Positions 25,018-36,800 of a stretch of 64,000 nucleotides of DNA are shown in pieces. The notes beneath the pieces are model-generated. The model did no database searches and was not told where the DNA came from. It saw only the letters and a list, made by a program, of their open reading frames with translations. Both the position numbers and the translations under genes were made by a program. Positions within the stretch are counted from its first letter, which is position 1. Each line of letters begins with the position of its first letter. Source of the stretch: Entomortierella parvispora E1425 (lineage: Eukaryota > Fungi > Mortierellomycota); assembly GCA_020891255.1 (NCBI GenBank), contig BQFW01000015.1:620001-684000 (forward strand), given 5' to 3'.

Positions 25018-26861
25018 ATGTCAGTCTTCGACAGAATCAACAGCTCAGTTGCAAACTCGATCGTCGGAAGACACTTCCGCCTTGAGGGATCTGGAGCACG
25101 TCGTGAGCGTATCGGATCCAAATTCACAACAGAGGTTCGCGCTGGAATCACAACCTTTGTGACCATGGTAGGACTATTAGTCTTCTTTAAGTATATGCTT
25201 CTAAGCCTCGCAACTTGGTGATCCTCTACTTACTTTTCATCCCCGTGCTTCCCTGCTCACAGGCGTATATTATCTCCGTTAATTCGCTTATCGTGACAGA
25301 TTCCGGCGGAACCTGTGTTTGCAACAACGGCGGTAATGTCACCGATGTGACCTGCTCCACTGATCCCAGCTACTCTGACTGTCTCGCGACCTTGAAGTTG
25401 GACATGGTGACGGCCACAGCTGCTATTGCCTGTTTTTCGTCTTTGTTGATGGGCTTGTTTGCAAACTTGCCCATTGGTCTTGCCCCAGGTATGGGGCTAA
25501 ACGCCTACTTTACATACACTGTCGTCGGGTTCCATGGCTCCAACAAGATCAAGTACGAGACTGCTTTGGCAGCCGTCTTCATTGAAGGAATTCTGTTTAT
25601 TCTACTTTCGCTCTTTGGCGTTCGTCAGTGGCTGGCTCGTTTGATCCCTCAGAGTATCAAGATTGCAACTGGCGCGGGTATTGGCCTTTATCTGTGCTTT
25701 ATTGGAATGCAGTCCTCAGCTGGTATTGGATTAATCGGTGCCGACCCTTCAACTCTTGTCGGACTGGTTGGCTGTATCAAGGATGCGACCGGAGCCTGTA
25801 TCGAAGGTTCGCACATGCGTTCACCTATGACCTGGATGGGTATTTTTGGCTTCGTGATCATTTCGATATGCTTGCTCTTCCGAGTCAAAGGTGCTGTCCT
25901 CGTCGGTATCTTGACTGTCTCTATCCTGTCTTGGATCCGCGGTACCACTTTTACCTATTTCCCTTATACACCTGCCGGCAACGCCTCTTTCGATTATTTC
26001 AAGAAGGTTGTCACTTTCCACCCTATCAAGAGTACTATGGGCAAGATGGACTTCCAGCTCGACAATGCCGAGATTTGGGTCGCTCTCATCACGTTCCTCT
26101 ACGTTGATATCATGGACACAACTGGTACCTTATACTCAATGGCCAAGTTTGGAGGTTACATGTACAAGAATGGCGATTTTGATGGTTCGACTGCTGCTTT
26201 CCTTTGCGATGCTACTTCAATTTCTGTTGGTGCCTGCTTCGGAGTCCCCCCTGTCACAGCCTTTATTGAGTCTGGTGCCGGTATTACTGAAGGTGGTCGC
26301 ACTGGTTTGACCTCCATCACCACCGCACTCTTCTTCTTTATCTCCCTGTTCTTCTCGCCCATCTTTGCTTCTTTCCCTCCATGGGCCACTGGTCCAGCTT
26401 TGATTGTTGTCGGTTCCATGATGGTCAAGTCGGTCCGATCTATCAACTGGGACTATGTCGGAGACGCTATTCCTGCGTTTTTGACCATTGCCATGATGCC
26501 TCTTTCGTACTCGATTGCCTATGGTCTTATTGCCGGTGTCGGTTCCTACACTGCCATCAACGGCGCTGTTTACGTCCTGGAGAAGGTCTCTGGTGGTCGC
26601 ATTTCTCCTGAGGACAAGGACCTGAGAGAGCCATGGGTCTCTGAGGGCTTTACCTGGAGAAACGTCCTTCCTGGATGGATGCAAAAGTTGATCTGCAAAG
26701 CTCGTGGTCAAATCTATGTTGATCCTTTGGATGTGATTGAAGAGGAGGAACGTCTTGAACGTGAGGCGGCAGCAGCAGCTGAGGAGGCCGAAAGCAAGAT
26801 TGCTATTGACATGAGCAGACACCAGCATGGTGGTGATATTCATGAGATGCCTAAATATTAA
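25018..26861 (+). CDS. azgA: AzgA-family (NCS2) adenine/guanine/hypoxanthine permease; intron 25168-25263
   Basis: EVRAGITTFVTMAYIISVN, LAPGMGLNAYFTY, DIMDTTGTL, FIESGAGITEGGRTGLT; many hydrophobic segments. Confidence 0.9.
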
Positions 26862-27013
26862 ATGAGGCCTTTTCCACCTATTTCGTATACCCTTTTCAAC
26901 ACCTGCATAATTAATCTCAAGTATGATCCGTCTTCTTTATTTTATGAAGCGGCGAGCATCGCCAAGCATAGTAATAATACCGCAATAAACATATTTATTG
27001 GTGAAGGTGTTTA

Positions 27014-28643
27014 CTACCTGATATGCTCCTTCCCATACTTGTCCTTTATAATATCGCACGCTGGCATAGCCATCTTTTGAGCCTCAACCCAAAGTTTGCG
27101 ATCAGGACCCCAGAAGCCCATCGCCTTGTTTTGTAATATCTCTTTCTTTCGCCGCTCTTCCCTGCACTTGACTTGTATTTCCCGCAAATAAGAGATCTCA
27201 ACTTGGTCCTCCATACGTTTAAACAGAGGTCCAACCTTTTGGCCTTGCTGTGTCACATGGTCAGGTTTGACAATGATCTGATGGCGAGGAGTTCCGGCCC
27301 ATTCAAATTTCTGTCCAGGAAAATAGGTCCCCATGAATCGATGTTCATTTACATAATATGGAACCTTGCGGAATGTGGTGTGCCGGGCAGTAGTAAATTG
27401 ATCGCGCGGCCTTAAAGAAAAGTCATTCACAATTGACTGACCGCCATGCGAGTTGGAAGATGAAGGTCCAGAAAAAAATCCTGATGAGATCGAGACAATA
27501 ATCAAGACGATCAATGGTAATAGCTGTATAATGCTCCCAAGACTACTCGCAGCATCTGAACCGCCTCCTGCAGCGGCCCGTCTTTGCCTCCGCTGCTGCT
27601 CCTGTTGCTGCTGCTGCCGATAGTGCTGTTGCTGCCTTTGAGCCTGTGCTTGGTGCGCCCGAGATCGACCTCCATATTGTTGAAAACCTAAAGCTCAATT
27701 GTGGTTAGTCGGTATTTATCGTAATGGAGAACGTCAAGGAACAATCGGTTTACCTCCTCCACCAAAGAACATATTGAACAGGTCTTCGGGCGACATTTCT
27801 TCCCCTCCAAATCCATGCATACTGGCACTACCTCTTGCAAAAGGGCTCTGGTGAGAATACCCTGCAGGTTGTGACCGGTCATAGTTAACACCAGAGCTTC
27901 GTCCTTTGCTTGTATCCTCGGGTCCGTATTGATCGAAAACTGCTCTCTTCTGGGGATCACTCAGAAGAGTAAAGGCCTTAGACACGACTACAAAATTCAA
28001 TATCCGGTTATTATACAAAACCAAAAAGAAAAAAAACAAACTACCATGGCCTCCAGGATAACTCTCTCTTACTTTTGAATGCCTCGTCCGCCCCTGGTGC
28101 CCCGTTCTTGTCTGGATGCATCTGCAAAGCCAGCTAATCAATTCAAAGGCTGTTAGGATCATGTAGACGGGGGTATGATACCGCTATGAGAAAACACTCT
28201 GAAATAAACAATACCTTGCGATATGCCTTTTTTATCTCGACGTCACTTGCTCCCTTCTGGACTCCCAATACCTTGTAAAAATCTCCCCCTGATGATCGGA
28301 TTGCTTTAACCGCAGCAACTTGCTCTGTTGTGTATTCACGCTCCACAGGAGCTGGAGCCGCTCTTGGTTTCATGGGAGTGGTATCCACAGGCTGACGACC
28401 TGCAGAAAAAGAGGCTGAGGAGGCTGAGGATGGTGATGCAGTTGAGGCTGAGGAGGCGGTTCCTGAATTAGTCGAGGCAGCTTCAGAAGTGTTGACTCTA
28501 CTGATGAATGCCTTGGCCTCTGAGGTTGGGTATAGGGAGATGGACTTTTGGCCAAACTTGCGAGCCGATGTGAAATTTCCTGCGTCCAGGTGCCGACGAG
28601 CTATATCGAGACATCTCAGGGCTTCATCCTTGTTGACCTCCAT
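27014..28643 (-). CDS. DnaJ subfamily B member 12/14-like ER membrane J-protein, 4 exons
   Basis: MEVNKDEALRCL N-terminus, J-domain with HPD (LALQMHPDKN), G/F region, one TM segment, DUF1977-like C-terminus (...MPACD). Confidence 0.9.
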
Positions 28644-29236
28644 GATGATAATGATGATGATAAGTGTGTTGTGTGAGAATGCCACCTCTCCTTCAAATAA
28701 TCCGGTGACTGCCTGCACTCTTTGGTGGCAAACAATTTCCTTGGAGAGGGCGGGGAAAGGAACCATGGACGATTTCTCTTTGTCAGCACAAACGAGTTGC
28801 AATTTTTTCTGTTCTGTGTTCAAGTGGATAGAACTCTTCTGTCACACTCTACCTACATAATTGCAGATGAGAGAAGGTGAGAAGAGACATCAAGGTTGTC
28901 GCCGCGTGTTCCTGAATTGAGGTAGAGTGAGTGGGTGGGAGGGGTCAGCCAGTCAGTCTTGTCGTTCCTGTGCTGCACTGCTGCTCATCTGCTGTTGGGC
29001 AGCGTGTGCTGTGCCTGGCGCTTGTCTTTTGGTGTGTCTGAGATCGAAATAGAGACACCAAGGTCTCTCTCTCCCCCTTCCTTCCTTCTTTCTTTCTTTC
29101 TCTTCTCCCCACCATAGATTCTTTCCCAGTCCCTCATTTCTCACACCCTCTCACCCTCACCCTCTCACCCTCTCCTTGTTCACGCTTGCCCTCTTACTCG
29201 CTCGGCCTAGTTTCGTTCTCACATCAACTCGCTGAG

Positions 29237-31169
29237 ATGGCACCCACACTTCGCCAGAGGCATGCTAGAAGCTCCCCTTCTCCATCTTCCTCCTCCTCAC
29301 CAAAAGTTGCAGCTGTAGCAATTGAAGAGGCAGGTGCATCTTCAGCGACCACCTCATCATCTCTTGCTTCAAGTAGCAGCCACAATCATGCCCGCAGCTA
29401 CAACCACAGCACTGTTCCTTTGAGCTCATCAAGGAACTCAACATCATCCTCGTCGTCCTCATTGAGCTCTAGCCGCCTTTCAAATACCACTCTGGAGACG
29501 GACGCATTCATTGAAGTTGAATCCGACCTTCTTCAGGACATGCAGGATACCCTAGGCGACCACCTTTCTAAAACGAACGAGTCTGTGGCGGCGACCTGGC
29601 GGTCAACGAAGGCATCAGCAGAAGAGACTATGCGAGTGGTCGAGAATCAGATGAGCGAGACCTGGGACGCATCCAAGGCTGCTTTTGAAGGGGCCAAAAG
29701 GCTACTCCGGTTCGAGGAATTGCCGAAAGAATGGCAGAGCAACCCATATATCTTGACAGGGTACGTTCATTCTCCTCTACATGCAAAGTGAGCAGTGTTG
29801 TTTAAGCTTCTCGCCCGTTGAAGTGACAGTTGGTTGGGAAGGTGTCTGTGCAGACTGGAATAAGGCCAAAGGCAGTGTTCACCTCCCCCCCCCCCTTTTT
29901 TTTTTTTTTTCCTTCCGCTAGCGAGTGCGTGCATCTTCATGATACCCGGATTTGTGAATTCCGTCTTCGCTCCCGCCACTTGTTCTGTTCCTTCCTTCGC
30001 TTCCAGCTTTTTTCTGATGCTGTTCATTTCAAACACAATGTGGAACCTTATTGCCCCACTGTTTTTGTTGCTATCAATATCGGAGTGGAAAGTGGAGTGC
30101 AAGCAGGGAGAGGACATGATCCAATTGCTGTTTCCTCTGTAAGAGTGAGCGTAGTGTGGTTATGTTTACAGGAGGATAGGGAGGGAGAGGGAGAGGAGAG
30201 AGCACACAACTAACGCATCCTCAAGCGCATCCAATTGACAACAAAATTCACGCACGTCCGAAACTAACTTCTGTTGATTACTTTTTAATTATCAGGTACC
30301 GGTTTTTGTCTTCAAAGCGGCAGTGCCTCTGGAGTATTTTCAAAATCCACAACGAAACCTGCAACATCTGGACCCACATGTTGGGACTCATTGGGCTCAT
30401 AGGTTTGGGGCTGTATATTCACACAACCTTTTTGCAGTACGGCACAGTCTGGGATCATGCCGTCTTCCTATTCTTCTTCCTCGCTGCTTCAAAGTGCTTG
30501 ATCTGCTCGACCCTGTACCATACCTTCCTCTGCCACTCAAGACTGCCAGTGATGCGGTGCGCAGCGACATTGGACTATATTGGTATCGGTGTCCTTATCA
30601 CAGCTTCGGTCATGGCCACTCTGCACTACGGATTCTTCTGCGACGCCGAAAGATGGATCTTCCTGGCATTCTCACTGGGAATGGGTGTGGTTGGGTGCAT
30701 TCTGCCTCTCTACCCGTTCTTTGACCTGCCGTCTTTCCGTTACTTCCGGATCTTTATCTTTCTCGGCATGGCATGTTCTGGAATTGTGCCGCTGACTTAT
30801 GTTTCGTACACGAAGGGCTTTTTCAACACCTGGAACTTTATTTCGCCATTTTTCAAATCCGGAATGGCTTACTTGACTGGTCTCTTGTTCTACGGCCATC
30901 GTTTCCCAGAGAAGCAATTCCCTGGTCTCTTTGATCGTTGGGGTCATTCACACCAGGTGTGGCATGTTGCTGTCGTTGCTGGGATCTACTACCACTATAT
31001 GGCTATGGTTCACTTCTACAACGAGCGCTTCACATTCGGTTGCCAGGCTGTCTATGGTGGCTACGAGCACACGCACCACATGGCTGCTCAGTTTGGAGCT
31101 CACGAGCCCCTTGTGGGCAGCGCTTCTGGTTCTTGGTTCCCAACTGCAAGTGTGGGTGTTGGCGCTTGA
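29237..31169 (+). CDS. PAQR/IZH (adiponectin-receptor/haemolysin III family) membrane protein; intron 29761-30295
   Basis: ELPKEWQSNPYILTGYR, HNETCNIWTH, STLYH, LDYIGI, GHSHQVWHVAVV zinc-binding motifs. Confidence 0.92.
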
Positions 31170-31357
31170 TTCAATTCCTCTATCTCCGTTTCTTGGGTTA
31201 CCCTCATATCCTCTCCACCTCTACAAGTACTAATAACTGTATTTTTACCCTCAAGTCCGACCCGTCCATTACCCAGCATATCTCAAAACCCTTGTAAAAA
31301 ATGACGAAGTAAAGGTTCAGCCCGCCATAGATTATTAAGTGAAAGTGCCTATTGTGA

Positions 31358-33138
31358 TTATGCTGGGATCGTATCGCGTTCTGAATGCGTCGAGGCATTT
31401 TCAGCGCTGCCCAAATCTTTGTGTTCAGCATGCTCTTGTTCCAGGTGTTCCGCCTGCTTGGCTCTTTCTTCTTCCGCTTCAAGCCACTTTGCGTACCGGT
31501 CAAGGCGCTGCTTCTCCTCTTCTTCAAGCTCCTCCTTGGTCTTTGTACTCTCATACTTCGTGTGACCATCATAAATCTCGGCTTCAACCCTCTGTCCCGC
31601 AAAGTACCGACCAGACATCAGTTTGACACAGAGTTCTGCCGATTCCTTATCCTTGTAGCGAACAGAGACCACTCCCTCTGGGTGCTGGTCATAAATGATC
31701 ACATTGGTCACCTCTCCAACCTTTTCACATTCTTCTCTGATGTCCTCTTTCAGATCCAAAAGTAACGTGGGGTCGGCTTCCAGCTCCTGAAGAGTAAACA
31801 TGTGCTTCAAGATGCAGACCTTGTTCCACTTGTCTGCTTTCGCTAGGGTCTCATCATCCTCAAACCAATCCAATTTTCTAAAGACGCAATCCATTGCAAG
31901 TTGTTATTAAATTTCCCTCTCCCACCATTTAGAACATTGCAGTATTTCAGGAAAATTAACAAAGTCATACTTCTCTAGCTTCTGATACTTCTTCTGGACC
32001 TTCTTTTTCCTCTCCTCTGTTAGTCCCGCCGCAGGCGTTGCGGATGTTGGCTTTTCCTTTTCTTTAAATTGTGCCTATTTTTTTTTTTTTAAAAAAAAAG
32101 AAAATGAAGAGGTCATCAATGAGTGAAATTAATATCTTCATCGTGTTACATGACTTAACATCACTCTAAAAAGCATACCTGTTGAACCCGGATACGTCCT
32201 TTCTCTACACCAGGCCTATACTCCGTATCATCCAAGAGATCGATCGCCAGTGGTACTGATTCGTGCCTCAAATAAGTTACTAAGGCCTCACCATTTTTCC
32301 GACCCTCCTTGTCTGTGTATAACTTGATCCGCGGTTTTTCTGTTACATCCAATCATATAAACAACGGTGAGATTTTTTTACAGATGCCCGTTGTTCTGCA
32401 TTGGATACGGCACCTACCGCTCTCATCCTCCATGAAGACGCCTCCTTTCTTGAACACTTCCATAACCTCCTCTAAATCTGTATCCAGGGGTAGTCCTGTT
32501 ACAAACACAGATGAGATGGGCTTGGGCTTCCGCTCAGTCTTATTTGGGTTAGGTTTGGATTTTTTGATCTGGTATCTTTTGTCGCTTGGGTCTTTTCTAG
32601 TAATTGCCTCCAAGCTATCCTGAAATTCCTCGAACTCGCCCTCAAGAGCATCATCCTCCAGGATCTGTTCGCTGTGAGAGCTGGAGGCGTAGTTGTCTTC
32701 ATTTTGGCGTTTACGTCGCCGCTCATTTTCTACATATACAGATTCCTATTAGATGATAGTAATTCGTTAAGAACTCTTGCCGATACATAGGTCGCAGATG
32801 GCAATATGTCAGACTCCTGTACCATGTTCTCAGGGATGGTCTCGCCATAAGCTGACTGTTGGGCTTGAATCAACTGTTCGTTGAACTAATAAGGCATAGA
32901 GCAAGGAGAGAATGCCGGTGTCAGCATAAACGGTGTCATATTGTCGGTCTTCATTTCACTGATATCATGCGCTGGAAGCTACCATCGGAAACCAAGCCTT
33001 TAGATTCTCGTCGTATTCAAACGAGATGCCCTCTGCATCGGTGTAGGTCCAGCGGCCAGTTTCCTCAATAAATCGCATGTTTTGTTGCTCAACCTGAGGA
33101 GCTCCCGATCCTGCGGGCTGCTGCTTTTGATCAGACAT
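31358..33138 (-). CDS. TAT-SF1/Cus2/Uap2-like U2 snRNP-associated splicing factor, multi-exon
   Basis: RRM1 (SVFVTGLPLD, KLYTDKEGRKNGEALVTY), UHM/RRM2 (CILKHMFTLQEL...DLKEDIREECEK...GRYFAG). Confidence 0.9.
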
Positions 33139-33838
33139 CTAACTGTTGCAAAGATAGAGGCGTCAGAGAATGCATTGCAGGAGATAAATGGTGACAGAGC
33201 TTTAATACTCTACGGAAGACAAGTCTTGTGAGTGCGGCTGTCCGTTTCTTGGGGCGACTTGCGGATGGGAGGCGCGTAAATGTTGGAATGAATCTGATTG
33301 AGCCAATGTGGGCTTCGCTATTGGTCAAGGGTGGCTTAGATTAGTTTTCACGACGATTCACAAAAATCACAATTTCACATGCGACCTTTGCAAAAAAAAA
33401 AAAAAAAAATAGCGACCTACCCGGAGCAAAACCTGTAGAGACGAAAAGAGAGGTGATCAACGTGTTAGAAAGACTTGAAGCATGTCGCTTGTAGCATGTC
33501 GCTTGCCTTTGCCTTTTGAACAAGAACTTTTTCTTACCCAGTTCTACTATAAGGTAGATTACGCGAGTTTGTTAGTATCGCTGAGGGGTGAGGATGCTGA
33601 TCCTGCTGTTGGATCTATTGTGATGATTGCGAAAAGTGGTCAACCATGGTGACAGTGAGTATCAAGTGCGTTGGATGACTCGAGGCGGTTGCTGCATCTA
33701 CCTTGCTGCTGCTGCTGCTGTCGCCTGGGTGCAGAAGAAGATGACGCTGAGGCTGAGGTTGATGTAGCGGCCGGCGATGGGGTAGAGGGCGATGCCGAGA
33801 AGGCCAAGCCTACGTGAGAGGATGAATATACATCCATG

Positions 33839-36800
33839 TTAGAAAGTGGTCTCGCTTTTTGAACGCTCCCATGGACTTGCCTGTTTGCTGCCCTGCTTGC
33901 GGGTGAATGGACTGGCCACGGCGAATGGGATCTGTTGCGATGGACAGTCAAAGAAATGGTCGGCGCCTGTGTTAGATAACGAATGGATATGTTTGTGGAG
34001 CAATTGGGCGATTCACTCACCTCCTGTGGATGATCCTGCTTCGGCTTGCCTTCCTCGCACTGACTCTGCGTAGGACCACAACCGCATGGGTGGTCTCTGT
34101 GCCCCGGTCTGTGGCTGACTCTGTGTCTGCTGTCGTGTTTGGGGTTGCATCCGTGGACGAGCTTGCGAACTTGACGCTGATGCTGGTCCTTGCCGTGCCT
34201 GTGCCTGTGCCACTCCCACTGCTGCAATGGCAGCATAGCTTTGTCTTTGTGATGACTGAGTGGGTGAAAGAAACGACCTTTGCTCTGGTGTCCATGACGC
34301 CTGGGCCTGTGTCTGGGCCTGAGCCTGACTGTGCGTTTGCAAACCCAGAGCTGAACTTGTCCATGATCCTTGCGGTATCTGTGCCAGTGTCTGCGGTGCC
34401 GTCCTCTTTGCAGCAGGACGAGTGCGTCGCTTCTTTGGTGGAGGGCCTTCTGCCTGCACTTGCGTAGAACTTGACCCTGCAGCTGACCCTGAGCCAAGCT
34501 GGGCTAGAGTCTGTGCTTGCCTCTGCTTTTGGGCGTCCTTTCGGCTCAACTTTGGTGTCTGCGGAGTGCCTGAGAAAATACAATGTGAAATGTGGTCAAG
34601 AGGACGTCAAGAGGACATTCAGCAGCACATGGTCTATAACCTATAAAAGCACGAGCAGCAGAGTTGCCTTACCTGGCGGCGACGCTGGTGGTGGAGGAGG
34701 TGGTGGTGCGCTTGAACTGCTCGAACTGGCAATGTCTGGCTGATCACCAGATTCACCACGGCGAATGATTTTGTTGGCTGGCACACCCGGTGGAAGGTTG
34801 GGTCCATACCTTTGGTCAAAGACAGATTTCTCATCCTTTGTGATTGGCAAAAGGTAGGCAGGGCGCGAGAGGTGGTCCAGGTAGTACCTGGTCGCTACGA
34901 CCATGTTGGAAGCAGCAAGAAGATCCCGGTGGAACCATGTCCCACAGCGGACACAATGGGCACGGCGTATTCCTATATAGCCCACAAAGTCCTGCTCGGA
35001 GATGCCGCTGCTCTGACACTTTGGGCAACGGCGGGAGGTATAATACTCTGGCAAACCAACAATGATGTAGCCAAGTCTTCGGGCCTAGTTGCAATGGTTG
35101 TAGACATGAATCGTGGAACAACTGTTAGTCTCTTGTTCTTGTTGACTGGACCTTGACAGATCCGAAAAAAAAAAAAAAAAAAAAAAAAAGAGGTGAAAGA
35201 AAAAAATTACCCGTGGCACAAAGTGGTCCAGAAACGTGTTGTGCTTGGACATCTCGTAGCCCTTTGACACTGACGAGAACCCACGCTTCCCGTCCTGCCC
35301 GATGGAAATTACTCCCCTCGGTCTGGGCTGACCATCCTCTTGCACGCGCAGATGTGTCCCCATGGCTGTTAAGATATGGTTGGTCAGAATGTCTAGCTCT
35401 GCCGTTGTCGCACGCTTCGTTTGTGCCTCACTCTTTTGATGTCGATGGCCTTTGTTGTAGAACGAAGAGAGTAAATGGTACTCTGGGGTCAACTTTTCCT
35501 GGATCCGTCCCTTTGGGTTGTTGTCCATCGACTCTAGCCTTGTTTCATACATTGCTATGGCCTGACCAGTCGTGGTCATTCCTGGAGTGAACTTGCGTGG
35601 TGGGATCAACTTGGCGCTCTCTCCAACCGGGATGTCAATGATGGTGTTGTTCTTCAATCTGTTGACTTCACTCCGACGTCGATTGGACGGTTGGTACACT
35701 GCCCTTGTCTTTGCACTGATCGTATAGATAAAGTCGTCACTGTCATAGCGCTTGCAGGCAAATCCGACCATAAACTCCTTGCCAAGGTCAATCGCGCCAA
35801 TGTCCACCCTGGTTGTGTCTGGAAACACTGCCGTCAGTGATTCCTGGCTAGGGACGGCTGTTGACAAGTTTGGTAGCAACTTTCGATTATCAGGGGAGAG
35901 GACATGTCTCCTGCGGAACCCTCCCCCCTCCTCGAATATCTCTGTGATAAATCGTTGTTGCTTCCGAATCCGGAGATCAACAGTTGAGAGGTAGGCGTGG
36001 GACCCATTGGTGACGATCGATCCTCTGTGTAGATACGACGGCAAAAAGTTTTTTGGTTGTCCGCGCACCAGGTTGGTAGCATCTGGTATCCTCCGCTGTG
36101 CCATCAAGAACTCGCTCGAACTAACACTCTTGTCCGAGGCATCATTTACCAGGTATGCTCTCAGATCAGACATCTCTTGGATCGTGGCAGTGGTGACCTT
36201 GTCTTTGTCTCCCTTGCCGAGGGGTGTCACCAGCTTTGTGAGGAGCCAACCGGGAGGTAATTCGTTGAGTTCTAGCTTGAAGTTCTGTTGGGTGGATGCA
36301 GGAAGGCCTTGGAGGGTCTTTTCGGCGTTCCGTATAACCATGATAAAGTTGAATATATCCCAAACATACTGGAAATGGTTCCAAAGGTCCAGCTCGCTTA
36401 GCCTGATGTAGCCGTTCCTTATGGGGGACTGAGGAAGACTCGTCGCAATGCCGGCCGCCTGATCAATAAAATACCTCCGCAACTGACATGCTAAACGGAT
36501 GCCCAGTTGAGCCACAATACCGCCTTCCAGGTACACATTTCTCGACCCTTTAGCCTGAATCCCAGTCAAGACGAGGAGCGTGGACTCGTCAAAGTTGGTA
36601 TTAACTTTGGAGTATAACGAGCGAATATCTTCAATGAGGTGGCGGTTGGTGTTTCCCTGACCAATTTCAAATTGGTGTCGAAAATACCTGAGCAGAGACA
36701 CCATGAAGCCACCATTGTCCCCCTTCATTCCCGATTCATCCTCAATGTCTCCCTCGTCGTCGTCACCGTCCCCAGTGTTGTCTTCGTCAGGTGCATCGTC

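Noticed and set aside
26217-26843. Long antisense or alternative-frame ORFs (e.g. 26217-26843, 33640-34497, 36703-37524, 55722-56111)
   Set aside because: Shadows of real coding sequence with biased codon use; translations are low-complexity and motif-free.
35085-35210. Poly-Phe C-terminus of the 1021-aa ORF
   Set aside because: It is read-through into an intron (GTAATT donor, poly-T tract, CTAAC branch point, TAG acceptor); the true frame continues in ARRLGYIIVGLPEYYTS.
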